DNA from: Myxococcota bacterium
GTDB lineage: Bacteria > Myxococcota_A > UBA9160 > UBA6930
Reading direction: 5' to 3'
DNA: 64,000 nucleotides
Assembly (NCBI GenBank): GCA_965223705.1
Contig: OZ245015.1
Span: forward strand, 4,128,001-4,192,000
Shown: positions 28,128-38,027 of the stretch, piece by piece
Layout of the letters: the number at the start of each line of letters is the position of its first letter
How positions within the stretch are numbered: the stretch's first letter is position 1
Position numbers and translations under genes: made by a program
The notes under the pieces: generated by a model
The model's input: the letters and a program-made list of their open reading frames with translations, nothing else
Databases searched by the model: none
What the model was told of the DNA's origin: nothing

Positions 28128-29540
28128 TTGACACGTTGCCTGATCCGTAACGCGACGGTCGTCTCCATCGACTCGTCTATCGGGAACCTTCCCCGCGCCG
28201 ACATCTTGATCGAGGATGGACGCATCGCCGAGATCGGGACCGATCTCGAAGCGAGCGCCGACGAAGTGTTCGATGCCGAGGGCTACATCGCGTCGCCGGG
28301 TTTCGTCGACACGCACCACCACGTGTGGCAGACCGCCATGCGTTCCCTGACCGCCGACTGGAGTCTCGGCGACTACGTTGCCGGAATTCGCGTCGTCGCC
28401 AGCACCCGCTATCGGCCGCAAGACATGTACGCCGCGACCCGGCACGGCCTCGTCGAAGCGTTACACGTGGGTGTGACGACGACGGCCGACTACTGCCACA
28501 ACATCCTCTCCCCCGACTATGCGGAGGAAGCGCTGCGCGGCACGATCGACTCGGGCGCGCGCTCGATCTGGTGCTACGGCTTCAACACACCCCCCGGAGC
28601 CGAGACAGCCTTTCCCGATGTCGACGCCCGCGGGCGCTTTCTCGAGGCGTTCGCGTCCCGGCATTTTTCGTCGCGCGACAGTCGGATCACCCTCGGTGTA
28701 TGTCCGGAGGAGAGCTTGTTCTGGGAGGCGGATCCGTCCGTCGGTGCGAAGCAGTTCCGTTTTGCGCGCGCTTGCGACGCTCGCGTCTTCTGGCACTGCA
28801 ATTCGAGTCGATCCGCCACCGGACAGCCGACGCTTGACGTGGCGGCGATCGCCGAGCACGACCTGGTCGGTCCGGACATGACACTGGTGCACATGGGCGG
28901 ATCGCACGACACCGAGTGGGATCGCGTCGCCGATGCCGGCGCGAGCTTCAGCTTCACGCCGGAGACGGAACTCCAGATGGGGATGGCGTTCCCCAACATC
29001 GAACGGGCGCAGCAAAAGGGGATTCCGTTCGGGTTCGGCATCGACATCGTTTCCAACAACAGCGCCGATCTTCGCTTCGCCCTTCGCATGGTCCTCCAGG
29101 CGGAACGCCATCGCCGCTCCGAGAACGGCGGCATCGCGGGAATCGCGCAGCAAGGCCTCGACCTGTCCTGCGCCGACGCGCTTCGCTGGGGAACCCTCGA
29201 CGGCGCGCGCGCTTGCGGTCTCGAACAAAGCGTCGGCTCGCTGACCCCCGGGAAGAGAGCCGACATCCTGTTGCACGACACACGACACCTGACCATGGTG
29301 GGCTACGACCCGAGCCAACCGGAAGCTGCCCTGATCCTTCACGGAAATCCCGAGGCCCTGCGCCACGTGTTGGTGGATGGCAAGTTCGTGAAGCGCGACG
29401 GCGTCGTCGAAGGTGCGGAAAGCGCGAGTCGCCAGCTCGCCGAGACGAGCGAGCATATTTTTGGCGAGCTCGAACGCCTCGGCGGCACGCCGGGAATCCT
29501 GGCGGCGGGCTACGAGGTATTCGCCGGTCTCGGCGGCTGA
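28128..29540 (+). CDS. Amidohydrolase (MTA/SAH deaminase-like, metal-dependent)
   Basis: PGFVDTHHHVWQ, GVTTTAD, TPETELQMG, GTLDGA, GSLTPGKRAD. Confidence 0.88.
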   Translation: MTRCLIRNATVVSIDSSIGNLPRADILIEDGRIAEIGTDLEASADEVFDAEGYIASPGFVDTHHHVWQTAMRSLTADWSLGDYVAGIRVVASTRYRPQDMYAATRHGLVEALHVGVTTTADYCHNILSPDYAEEALRGTIDSGARSIWCYGFNTPPGAETAFPDVDARGRFLEAFASRHFSSRDSRITLGVCPEESLFWEADPSVGAKQFRFARACDARVFWHCNSSRSATGQPTLDVAAIAEHDLVGPDMTLVHMGGSHDTEWDRVADAGASFSFTPETELQMGMAFPNIERAQQKGIPFGFGIDIVSNNSADLRFALRMVLQAERHRRSENGGIAGIAQQGLDLSCADALRWGTLDGARACGLEQSVGSLTPGKRADILLHDTRHLTMVGYDPSQPEAALILHGNPEALRHVLVDGKFVKRDGVVEGAESASRQLAETSEHIFGELERLGGTPGILAAGYEVFAGLGG

Positions 29541-29546
29541 AGCGCT

Positions 29547-29738
29547 CTAGACGGGCTCGGCGCTCACCAAGATCGCCGCGATCAGGCACGGCTCCTCAGT
29601 CCGAACGCTCCACGCGTGATTGGTGCCGCGTTGCACCAGCACGTCGCCCGGTCGGAGGCAGACCGCGCCGTCCGAGAGGAAGACCGAGCGGCCTCCCGCA
29701 TTGTGTCCGGTTACGACGCGTCGGATTGATTGGGGCAT
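29547..29738 (-). pseudogene. Cupin-domain gene with in-frame internal deletion (63 aa)
   Basis: The N-terminal IRRVVTGHNAGGRSVFLSDG is joined directly to the C-terminal LRPGDVLVQRGTNHAWS; the first cupin motif is missing. Confidence 0.6.
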
Positions 29739-29761
29739 GCCGGCTTTCCATCGGTTGGAGG

Positions 29762-30205
29762 CTAGAGGTTTGCGAGCTCGGACTTTCCGTAGTCGACCGT
29801 CCGCCAACGCTCGGGGCGCATGACATAGACCGTCGCGGGTTCCGACTTCGTCGCTTCGACGAAGGCGTCCCCGCCCTTTTCCCCGAAGTAACGCCGCGCC
29901 ATAGGCCGCGAGTCGCCTTCGACATCGGCAGGTCGAGTTTCGACGATCGGCCCCTCGACACTCACGTATTGGTACGTCGGTGGAGTTTCGGTTTGTGCGA
30001 CCAGCGTAAACCGCCCGGCCTTCTCGAGGCAGCGCGCTTTGGCGGAGCGCGTCCCGGTGATCACCCGAATGCCGCGCTCCGGCGTGTAGTCGTACCAGAT
30101 CGGTGCCGAGAGCGGCGGGGCGCCCTCCTGTTCAATTGCGATCACCCCGACGTGCAATCCGGCGAGAAAGGCATTGCGTTCGTCTTCCGTCATCTTGGTC
30201 GACAT
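29762..30205 (-). CDS. Pyridoxamine 5'-phosphate oxidase-like (PPOX/FDOR, possibly F420-dependent) protein
   Basis: MTEDERNAFL..APIWYDY..SAKAR..YQYVSVEG..MRPERWRTVDYGK. Confidence 0.82.
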   Translation of the reverse strand: MSTKMTEDERNAFLAGLHVGVIAIEQEGAPPLSAPIWYDYTPERGIRVITGTRSAKARCLEKAGRFTLVAQTETPPTYQYVSVEGPIVETRPADVEGDSRPMARRYFGEKGGDAFVEATKSEPATVYVMRPERWRTVDYGKSELANL

Positions 30206-30297
30206 GGGTCCTCCAGGGCGGCCCATGGTACCGCGCCGTACCCGGTTGCGTGGCCCCCTGCCCCGCATCGTGCGACCGTCTTGTGAGGAGAAACCCC

Positions 30298-31290
30298 GTG
30301 ATCGAATCCATCACCGCCTTGGGATTCCCGTGGCAGACGCGAGATCCCTTCCTCTTTTGCGCCTACCACAAAGATGACTACCCGAAGGGAAGCGAACACC
30401 AGGGGCCGGCGACGTCGCTGGCGGGGCGACACCTGGGTCAAGACTTCGATCCTCGGGGTGGCTGGCGGATGTATCACGGCACGGTCGTGCCGGGATTCCC
30501 ACAGCACCCGCACCGCGGTTTCGAGACGATCACCATCGTGAACCGCGGCTACGTCGACCATTCGGATTCCCTGGGAGCGACGGCCCGTTTCGGACCGGGG
30601 GACGTTCAGTGGCTTACCGCGGGTCGCGGAATCGTCCACTCGGAGATGTTCCCGCTTCGAGAGCGCGACGCGGAGAACCCGCTCGAATTGTTTCAGGTGT
30701 GGCTGAACCTGCCAGCGGTGAACAAATTCGCCGACCCCTACTTCACGATGCTCTGGCGCGACGAGATTCCCGAAGTGCGATCGGGCGATACCCGCGTTCG
30801 GGTGGTCGCCGGACGCTACAGATCGGCGAAGGCGCCACCGTCCCCGCCCTCTTCCTGGGCCTCACAACCCGGCGCGGACGTCAACGTGTGGACGATCGAG
30901 ATGGGGGCCGGGGAGCGCCTCAGGCTGCCGGAGGCCTCTGCGGGGATTCATCGGACCCTGTACCTCTACGACGGGGATGCGCTTTCGATCGCCGACACGC
31001 GCGTTCCGGTGAACCACATGGTCGCGCTGCGCCCCGACGTCGAGGTGCCGCTCGAAAACAGCTCGGAAACCGCGCGGCTGCTGCTCCTCGAGGGGCGTCC
31101 GATCGGAGAGCCCGTAGCGCACTACGGTCCCTTCGTGATGAACAGCGAGGAGGAACTGCGCCAAGCCTTCGCGGACTACCAGCGAACGGGTTTCGGTGGC
31201 TGGCCCTGGCCGACCGATGCGCCCGTACACGCCCGGGAAGAGGGGCGCTTCGCCGTTCATGCCGACGGTCGCACCGAGCGACAGAGCTAG
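30298..31290 (+). CDS. Pirin family protein
   Basis: DPFLFCAYH, GFPQHPHRGFETIT, WLTAGRGIVHSEMFP, FQVWLNLP, YGPFVMN; GTG after GAGGAG. Confidence 0.92.
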   Translation: MIESITALGFPWQTRDPFLFCAYHKDDYPKGSEHQGPATSLAGRHLGQDFDPRGGWRMYHGTVVPGFPQHPHRGFETITIVNRGYVDHSDSLGATARFGPGDVQWLTAGRGIVHSEMFPLRERDAENPLELFQVWLNLPAVNKFADPYFTMLWRDEIPEVRSGDTRVRVVAGRYRSAKAPPSPPSSWASQPGADVNVWTIEMGAGERLRLPEASAGIHRTLYLYDGDALSIADTRVPVNHMVALRPDVEVPLENSSETARLLLLEGRPIGEPVAHYGPFVMNSEEELRQAFADYQRTGFGGWPWPTDAPVHAREEGRFAVHADGRTERQS

Positions 31291-32963
31291 GCGGGAGCCC
31301 CGCCGCGAACGAGACGCCCGGGGAGCGCTCCTGTGTGCTCGCCTCCCTCGAAGGTGACTTCGCCGCTCTTGATGGTCGCGGTGTAACCCCGGGCCTTTTG
31401 GATCAAGCGCTTACCGCCGGCGGGGAGGTCGTACACCATCTGCGGGTCTTCGAGCGCGAGCGCATCGAAGTCGATGATGTTGAGATCCGCGCGATAGCCG
31501 GGAGCGACGACGCCGCGATCGTGCAAACCATAGAGCCGCGCGGTGTCCTGCGTCATCTTGTGCACAGTGTAAGGGAGAGAGAGCTTCGGTCCCTTCGTTC
31601 GATCGCGCGCCATGTAGGCCAGCATGTAGGTCGGAACGCTGGCGTCGCACAGCACGCCGCAGTGCGCGCCGCCATCCGACAAGCCGAAGACCGACAGATC
31701 GTTCTCGATGGCGAGACGCTGTTGTTCGAGATCTCCGCGGTACTTGCCGAACAGGTAGAGCAGAGGCCGCCCCTCCGACATCGCGTCCATCAACGCTTCG
31801 CGGACATGGCAGCCTTTCGCCTCGGCGTGACCGGCGACGGAGTCGGCGTAGCTCGGCTCGTAGCTCAGGTCTTCGGGCAGCACGAACATCTTGTCCCAGG
31901 TCGAGATCATGCGGTTGGTGTCGCGGTAGCGAGACACCTTCGCTTCGTCGGCCATGACGTTGGCCCGGAAGGCCGGGTCCCGGAGCTTCCGGCGCTGCTC
32001 TTCGACGGGCAGGGACTTGATCGCACCGTAAGAGGGGAACTGTCGCATCGGATTGACGGTGCCCTCGAGGGTCATGAGCACGGAGGCCGGTCGCGCCCCC
32101 ACCTGAGGACGAATCTCAAGCCCTTCGGGGTTGAGCCGGGCGGCGAGATCCCAGATCCCCCGGTTGACGTCGGGCGTCACCAAGAACGTCATCGGCCGCC
32201 GCGTCTTCCGGGCGATGCTCTCGATCCAGCGGAGCTCCTCCTCGGTATCGAGATGATCCGAGATGATCTCGAAGGTCCCGTGGTCGACCGCGGTGAAAGC
32301 GTCGCCGATCGCCATCATCTCCGCGGCGCTGGCGTTCGTCCCGGGAACGAGGTTGCCCTCTTTGTCGAGGTGACCGTAGAAGCGGGATGTGGAGAAGCCG
32401 AGCGCGCCGTCGCGGAGCGCCTGCTCGGTAATGGCCGCCATCTGCGCCATGTCTTCCGGCGTCGCGTCGTCGTAGCAGCGATCGCCCATCACGTAGTGGC
32501 GCACCGCGACGTGAGGAACCTGCGAACCGATATCGACGGCGTAGGGCGTGTCGATCGCATCGAGATACTGACCGTAGGTCTCCCAACCCCACGGAATGCC
32601 CTCGTGGAGTGCGGTACCGGGGATGTCCTCGACGCTCTCCATCAGCTCGACCAGCTGGTTCTCGCTGCCCGCATGGACCGGCGCGAATCCCACTCCGCAG
32701 TTCCCCATGACCACCGTGGTGACACCGTGCCAGCAGCTCGGGGAGACGCGCTTGTCCCAACACACCTGGCCGTCGTAGTGCGTGTGAATGTCGACAAAGC
32801 CCGGGGTGACCAGCTGGCCCATGGCGTCGATCTCTCGTTTCGCGCGGCCTTCGACCTTGCCCACGTCTGTGATGCGCCCGCCGGTGATGGCGATATCCCC
32901 GGAGAACGCGTCGCTTCCGGTACCGTCGACAATCTCTGCGTGGCGTAGAATGAGGTCGTGCAT
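31287..32963 (-). CDS. N-acyl-D-amino-acid deacylase family amidohydrolase
   Basis: PGFVDIHTHYDGQ, HGVTTVVMGNCGVGFAP, SDGGAH, DRGVVAPGYRADLN, DLPAGGKRL. Confidence 0.92.
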   Translation of the reverse strand: MHDLILRHAEIVDGTGSDAFSGDIAITGGRITDVGKVEGRAKREIDAMGQLVTPGFVDIHTHYDGQVCWDKRVSPSCWHGVTTVVMGNCGVGFAPVHAGSENQLVELMESVEDIPGTALHEGIPWGWETYGQYLDAIDTPYAVDIGSQVPHVAVRHYVMGDRCYDDATPEDMAQMAAITEQALRDGALGFSTSRFYGHLDKEGNLVPGTNASAAEMMAIGDAFTAVDHGTFEIISDHLDTEEELRWIESIARKTRRPMTFLVTPDVNRGIWDLAARLNPEGLEIRPQVGARPASVLMTLEGTVNPMRQFPSYGAIKSLPVEEQRRKLRDPAFRANVMADEAKVSRYRDTNRMISTWDKMFVLPEDLSYEPSYADSVAGHAEAKGCHVREALMDAMSEGRPLLYLFGKYRGDLEQQRLAIENDLSVFGLSDGGAHCGVLCDASVPTYMLAYMARDRTKGPKLSLPYTVHKMTQDTARLYGLHDRGVVAPGYRADLNIIDFDALALEDPQMVYDLPAGGKRLIQKARGYTATIKSGEVTFEGGEHTGALPGRLVRGGAPA

Positions 32964-33026
32964 CGCGGGCTCCCTGGTGGGTGGGTTCCTTCAACCTAGC
33001 ACTGCCGGCTCGCCGAGGAGATTCTC

Positions 33027-33377
33027 ATGCTCGACGGCATCCACCATGTGTCCATCAACGTGTCCGACGTGCAAGCCGCCCGGGACTTCTACGAGAACGT
33101 CCTGGGGCTCGAGCGGCTGGCGCGCCCGGACTTCCGCTTTGACGGCGCCTGGCTGCGCTCCGGGGAGCAAGAAGTGCATTTGATCGGCATCGACTCCGGA
33201 CCGCCGGTGAAGGAGCAGCACTTCGCCTTCCGGGTCGCGAACCTCGAGGCGGTGCGCGAGGCCTTGGCGGCCGCGGGGCACTCGTGCTCCGAGACCAGCG
33301 AGATCTCGGGGGTGTGCCTACAGGCGTTCACCCGGGATCCGAGCGGCAACCTCATCGAGTTCAACCAGCGCCTGTAG
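33027..33377 (+). CDS. VOC/glyoxalase family protein
   Basis: IHHVSINV..ARDFYENVLG..HFAFRV..DPSGNLIEF. Confidence 0.9.
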   Translation: MLDGIHHVSINVSDVQAARDFYENVLGLERLARPDFRFDGAWLRSGEQEVHLIGIDSGPPVKEQHFAFRVANLEAVREALAAAGHSCSETSEISGVCLQAFTRDPSGNLIEFNQRL

Positions 33378-33384
33378 CTTGGCG

Positions 33385-34461
33385 CTACCAACCTCCGAGT
33401 TCGGCCTGACGTCGGCGGTGTTCTCGCGGCGCGCCGAGGAACGCGCGGTCGAAGAGCGCGCGCTTGCACCAGATCTGGACATCGCCTTCCCACGTAAAGC
33501 CGATCCCGCCGTGGATCTCGACCGCGGCCCGCGCGATATCGGCGAAGCGATCGGCGTTGTGCGCTTTCGCAACCGATGCGAGACGCGATGCCTCGTCTTC
33601 TTCTCGGTCGTTCAGGTACGCGGCGTACCAGTAGAGCCCGCGGTTGGGTTCGATTTCGAGGGCCAGGTCCGCGAGCTCGTGCTTCAGCGACTGGAAGCTT
33701 CCGATCTTTACACCGAACTGTTCGCGGGTGAGGGCGTAGTCGATGCACATGTCGAGGAGTCGCTTCCCGCCGCCGAACGCGTCCGCTGCGAGCAGGACGG
33801 CGCCGGTGTCGATCACCCGCTGTGCGAGATCGGAGTGGTCGGGCAGAAGGTCCACCGCGCAGTTCCGAAACGTGACGTTTGCCAAGGGTCGCGTCCAATC
33901 CGCCGCCTCGACGGAAGAGGACGAGAATCCGTCCGCGCCCTTTTCGACGATTCCTAGGCGTCCGCCGGCGAGACCGACGACGATGCAATCGGCGTGGTCC
34001 GCGTGGGGCACGAGCGTCTTTGCTCCGTCGATCCGAGTCGCGGCGTCGAGGGTCCAACCGGCGGGAGACCAGCCGCCCGAAGCTTCCGCCAACGCGACAG
34101 TGCCCACGAGCTCGCCGGACGCCAAGCCGGGCAGCCAGCGCTCCTGTTGCGCCGCGCTCCCGCCCAAGGTGAGTGCGCGAATCGCCAAAACGTGGCCGAG
34201 AAACGGACCGGGCACGGCGTAGCGACCGAGAACTTCCGCGGCGCACGCCAGGTCGAGTACGTCGAGGCCGGCTCCGCCGTGCGCTTCAGGAGCGTGCAAA
34301 CCGACGATTCCGAGCTCCGCGAGGCCTTTCCACAGCTCGCGGTCGAGGCCCGTGTCTCTTTCCGCGAGATCGCGGATCTGTTGCGGCGAGCACCGATCCG
34401 AGAGGAATTGGTTGAGCGTTTCCTGGAGAAGCTGTTGCTCTTCGCTGAGATCGAAATTCAT
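33385..34461 (-). CDS. Acyl-CoA dehydrogenase family protein (short partner subunit)
   Basis: MNFDLSEEQ, REQFGVKIGSFQSLKH, IHGGIGFTWE; start overlaps the upstream ACAD stop. Confidence 0.9.
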   Translation of the reverse strand: MNFDLSEEQQLLQETLNQFLSDRCSPQQIRDLAERDTGLDRELWKGLAELGIVGLHAPEAHGGAGLDVLDLACAAEVLGRYAVPGPFLGHVLAIRALTLGGSAAQQERWLPGLASGELVGTVALAEASGGWSPAGWTLDAATRIDGAKTLVPHADHADCIVVGLAGGRLGIVEKGADGFSSSSVEAADWTRPLANVTFRNCAVDLLPDHSDLAQRVIDTGAVLLAADAFGGGKRLLDMCIDYALTREQFGVKIGSFQSLKHELADLALEIEPNRGLYWYAAYLNDREEDEASRLASVAKAHNADRFADIARAAVEIHGGIGFTWEGDVQIWCKRALFDRAFLGAPREHRRRQAELGGW

Positions 34462-35669
34462 TTCGACGTTCCGCGGTCCGCCGCGCGGTCGCGGGGCAAG
34501 CCCAGCCCACGCTCGGCGATGACGTTGCGTTGGATGTTGCTCGTGCCGCCGGCGATCGCGAGCCCGAGTGAGGTGAAGTAGTTCGCGACCCAACCGGGCG
34601 GGTCTTTCGGTCGGCCGAAGAGCCCGAGTTCGCCGGGGGCGACGAGCGCGTCGTCGCCCAGTAGGTCGATGGCGATGCGCGACACTTTGTGTCCGATCTC
34701 GGTGGAGTAGAGCTTGCCCATCATGGTCAAGAGCCCGGCGCCCTCGCCTTTGGCGCCTGCGGTCAACTGCCGAAGTCCCGACGCCTGGTGCGCCCAGACG
34801 TAGCCTTCGAGCTCGGCCAACCTTTGGCGAACGCCTTCGTCTTCGATGGCGGGGCGTCCGCCGAGTTGCGTTTCCTGCGCGAGTTTCACCAGACGCCGAA
34901 ATGCTTCGAGGCTTCGCCGTGAAGTCCCGACCAGGTTGCGTTCGTGCTTGAGCGTCGTTCGCGAGACCTTCCACCCCTGGCCGCGTTCGCCGACGATCCA
35001 ATCTTCGGGCGTCCGCACGTCGTGGAAGAAGACCTCGTTGAAATCCGAAATGCCCGTCATCATGCGGAGCGGTCTCACGTCGATGCCCGGTTGTTTCATA
35101 TCGATCAAGAGGTACGAAATACCGGCGTGCTTCGGCGCCTCGGGCTCGGTGCGCACGAGGCAAAACATGTAGTCGGCCATGTGAGCGTCGCTGGTCCACA
35201 CCTTTTGCCCATTGATCACCCACTCGCCGTCGCGAAGTTCTCCGCGCGTCTTCACGCTCGCCAAGTCGCTGCCCGATCCCGGCTCGCTGTATCCCTGACA
35301 CCATGTGATCTCGCCGCTGAGGGTCGGCCGGATGAACTTTTCCTTCTGCCAGTCCGAGCCGTGCTCGAGAAGGGTGGGCACCAGCATCGCCGTACCCATC
35401 CGGGTGTCTTCCTGCGGCGCGCGCTGCGCCGCAAACTCGTCGCGAATGACCTGGGCGCGGAGCACGTCGGCCTCTTGTTCCGAACCGCCGTACTGCTTGG
35501 GAATTCCGCGATAGAGAAGCCCCGCCGCCACCGCGCGCTCGCGAAAGAGCGCAACGGCTTCGCCTTTCGGCAGATCGGCCTCGGCCCCGCGGAGCGGCCA
35601 ATTGTCGCGCAGGAAAGCGCGAACTTCTTCGCGAAAGCTCTCGAGCTCGCTTCCGTAATCGAGGTCCAT
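34458..35669 (-). CDS. Acyl-CoA dehydrogenase family protein
   Basis: WCQGYSEPGSGSDLAS, INGQKVWTS, FNEVFF, IAGGTSNIQRNVIAERGLGLP. Confidence 0.92.
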   Translation of the reverse strand: MDLDYGSELESFREEVRAFLRDNWPLRGAEADLPKGEAVALFRERAVAAGLLYRGIPKQYGGSEQEADVLRAQVIRDEFAAQRAPQEDTRMGTAMLVPTLLEHGSDWQKEKFIRPTLSGEITWCQGYSEPGSGSDLASVKTRGELRDGEWVINGQKVWTSDAHMADYMFCLVRTEPEAPKHAGISYLLIDMKQPGIDVRPLRMMTGISDFNEVFFHDVRTPEDWIVGERGQGWKVSRTTLKHERNLVGTSRRSLEAFRRLVKLAQETQLGGRPAIEDEGVRQRLAELEGYVWAHQASGLRQLTAGAKGEGAGLLTMMGKLYSTEIGHKVSRIAIDLLGDDALVAPGELGLFGRPKDPPGWVANYFTSLGLAIAGGTSNIQRNVIAERGLGLPRDRAADRGTSK

Positions 35670-35673
35670 TCGC

Positions 35674-36504
35674 CTACCGTCCTTCCCAAACCGGCGGGCG
35701 TTTCTCCATGAACGCACGCGGCCCTTCACGAGCGTCGCGTGAGGTCACCACGGGTTTCGCATTGCGCGATTCCGTCAAGAACGCTTCGTCGAGATCCATT
35801 CCCTGCACTTCCAGCACGGTCTTCTTGATCGCGTCGAGCGCCAACGGCGCGTTCGCCGCGATGGTCGCCGCGAGTTCGATCGCCTGGGGCAGCAGCTGAG
35901 CGGGCTCGACGATGCGATTGATGAAGCCGCACTCGAGTGCCCATTCGGCGGAGAAACGCTCGCCGGTGAGGAGCATTTCCATCGCCTTGACGAAGGGGAT
36001 CATGCGCGGGAGCCGAACCTGGGATCCGCCCGCCGGCACGATGCCGCGCTTCGGTTCGGGCAAACCCAGTGTCGCGGTCGGTACCGCGAGCCGGAGATCG
36101 CACGCTTGTACGAGCTCGGCCCCACCCGCCAGGGCAGTGCCGTTCACGGCGGCGATGACGGGTTTCGGGAAGATCCGATCCTTCAGCAGAACTTTGTCGA
36201 GGAGCCGGCGATCGCTGACGTAGCGCTCGTCCCACTCGTCCTCCGGTTCGCGCGCTTTCGTGATCAGCGGGATGAGGCTTCCGAGATCGGCCCCGGCGCT
36301 GAAGGCGTCGGTGCCGGCACCGGTGATAATGATGACGCGGGCATCCGCGTCTTCCGCGAGCTCGGCCCACGCGTCGGCCAAACGCACCATCATCTGGGGC
36401 GTCAGGGTGTTTTTGCGTTCGGGTCGGTTGAGGGTCAACACGACACACCCGTCATCCCTCCGGTCGATCAAAAGGTGAGCTTTGGGATCTTGTTCCGCGG
36501 TCAA
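35674..36504 (-). CDS. Enoyl-CoA hydratase/isomerase family protein
   Basis: LNRPERKN, FSAGADL, KPVIAAVNG, DAREGPRAFMEKRPP; TTG start after AAAGGAG. Confidence 0.9.
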   Translation of the reverse strand: MTAEQDPKAHLLIDRRDDGCVVLTLNRPERKNTLTPQMMVRLADAWAELAEDADARVIIITGAGTDAFSAGADLGSLIPLITKAREPEDEWDERYVSDRRLLDKVLLKDRIFPKPVIAAVNGTALAGGAELVQACDLRLAVPTATLGLPEPKRGIVPAGGSQVRLPRMIPFVKAMEMLLTGERFSAEWALECGFINRIVEPAQLLPQAIELAATIAANAPLALDAIKKTVLEVQGMDLDEAFLTESRNAKPVVTSRDAREGPRAFMEKRPPVWEGR

Positions 36505-36514
36505 GGCTTCTCCT

Positions 36515-37978
36515 TTAGCGAGGTGCAACGGTCCATCGGCCCGCTTCGACTTCGACGCTCCGTCCGACCCATTCTTCGGCCACCATAGAGGCCATGACGT
36601 CCGGATCGTCATTGCGCGCCACGGCGCGACGCGCGTCGCGAGTATCCACGACGACAACACCGGCGGTAGGGCCCTTGCGGTCGTGCATGACGGTGCACCC
36701 CGCGACGCGACCGGGGCCGCTGTAGTCGCTCGCGACCGGAATCTCGGCGAAACGGCGTCGCGTTTCGCCGGTGACATCCTGTGCGCGGAAACCTTCGGGG
36801 TTGGGATCACGGCCCCAGACGGCGAACCCCTGCTTCGTCAGCACTCCCGAAACGGTGCTCACCAGTCCGCGTGAACCGGGCCGCGTGCGGAGCCGCTTCG
36901 CGAGTTGTGCCGTCGCATGGATCACGAAATTGTTGAACGGACCGCCGGCGAAAGGCATGCCTCCGGTGAAGCTGCGCGCAGCACCGGGCGGGAGCTCGAG
37001 CGCTTCAGCGTAGAGATCCATCGCGACGGGGAAGCAGCTGTAGAGCTCGACCCAGTCGAGTTCTGCTGCCGTGCACTGAGCCGCCTCGAGCGCGGCACGC
37101 GCCGCGACCTCGGCGCCCGGACACCGATCGAGCTCGGCCCGCGCCGAAGTGTTCACCATGTGGTTCGCTTCGGCGCTGCTCATGGCAAACGCGAGATCGG
37201 ATGCCGGCACGCCCGCCCGCTTCGCCGCCGCGTGGGACATCAAGAGGAGCGACGAGGCCTGATCGACGCTCCAGTTCGCGACGTGGAACTTGCCGTAGGG
37301 ATCGGCGAGCGGCCGTCCTTCGAGAATCGCTTGCTGCGAGACGACTTCGTCATCCCACCCGTCGGGGTTGGCAACGGCGATCCGGGACAGCTCGTGATAC
37401 TGCGCGGCCACGTTGTTCGCGCGCTCGTCGCGCGGAATGCCTCGCGCCACGCGGTAAGCGCTTTCGAGAACGGCGTAGTAGCCCACGGCATCGTTGCCGA
37501 GCCCGGCCTCGCGTTCGTAGGCGGGGACGATTTCCTTGTCGGGTTTCCAGACAACATCCGAAGGCTCGGCGCTCTCGCGGTCGCGGAGCTCAACGCCATC
37601 GATGCGGGCGCGCAGCAAGCGATAACCAGCTTCACCGCCCGCGACCAGGGCACACTCGATTTCGCCGTCGGCGATGCGCGAGCACGCATCGGCGATCACG
37701 GTCTGCTGCGAGACACCGACGAGCGCGCTCACCGTCTTCGCGCGTTCCGCACCGACGGCAGTAGCGATCAATCCACCGGGGTCGCGGTAGCGCCAACGAC
37801 CGATGGGAACGTAGATGCGCTCGAGGTTCGAGAGAATGCGGGGGTTTCCGGCATCTTCCGCCGCGATCTTCGCCGCGCGGATCATGAGCTCGATCGGCTC
37901 ATCCGCCTCGAGCGCATTTTCTGTTCGCTGGGTCACGAGGCCCACGCCTGCGATGACCGGCGTTCTTGCTTCGTTCAT
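36515..37978 (-). CDS. Thiolase-like (acetyl-CoA acetyltransferase-like) protein
   Basis: PVIAGVG, WSVDQAS, ELYSCFP, TGGMPFAGGPFNNF, SGVLTKQ. Confidence 0.82.
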   Translation of the reverse strand: MNEARTPVIAGVGLVTQRTENALEADEPIELMIRAAKIAAEDAGNPRILSNLERIYVPIGRWRYRDPGGLIATAVGAERAKTVSALVGVSQQTVIADACSRIADGEIECALVAGGEAGYRLLRARIDGVELRDRESAEPSDVVWKPDKEIVPAYEREAGLGNDAVGYYAVLESAYRVARGIPRDERANNVAAQYHELSRIAVANPDGWDDEVVSQQAILEGRPLADPYGKFHVANWSVDQASSLLLMSHAAAKRAGVPASDLAFAMSSAEANHMVNTSARAELDRCPGAEVAARAALEAAQCTAAELDWVELYSCFPVAMDLYAEALELPPGAARSFTGGMPFAGGPFNNFVIHATAQLAKRLRTRPGSRGLVSTVSGVLTKQGFAVWGRDPNPEGFRAQDVTGETRRRFAEIPVASDYSGPGRVAGCTVMHDRKGPTAGVVVVDTRDARRAVARNDDPDVMASMVAEEWVGRSVEVEAGRWTVAPR

Positions 37979-38027
37979 GCCGAGGAGCCCAGTACGCCGG
38001 CACCGACCACTTCGACTACTTTCACGG

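Noticed and set aside
33385..35601. 738-aa ORF suggesting a fused double acyl-CoA dehydrogenase
   Set aside because: The upstream part is an off-frame reading of the neighbouring ACAD; two separate genes with overlapping stop and start fit better.
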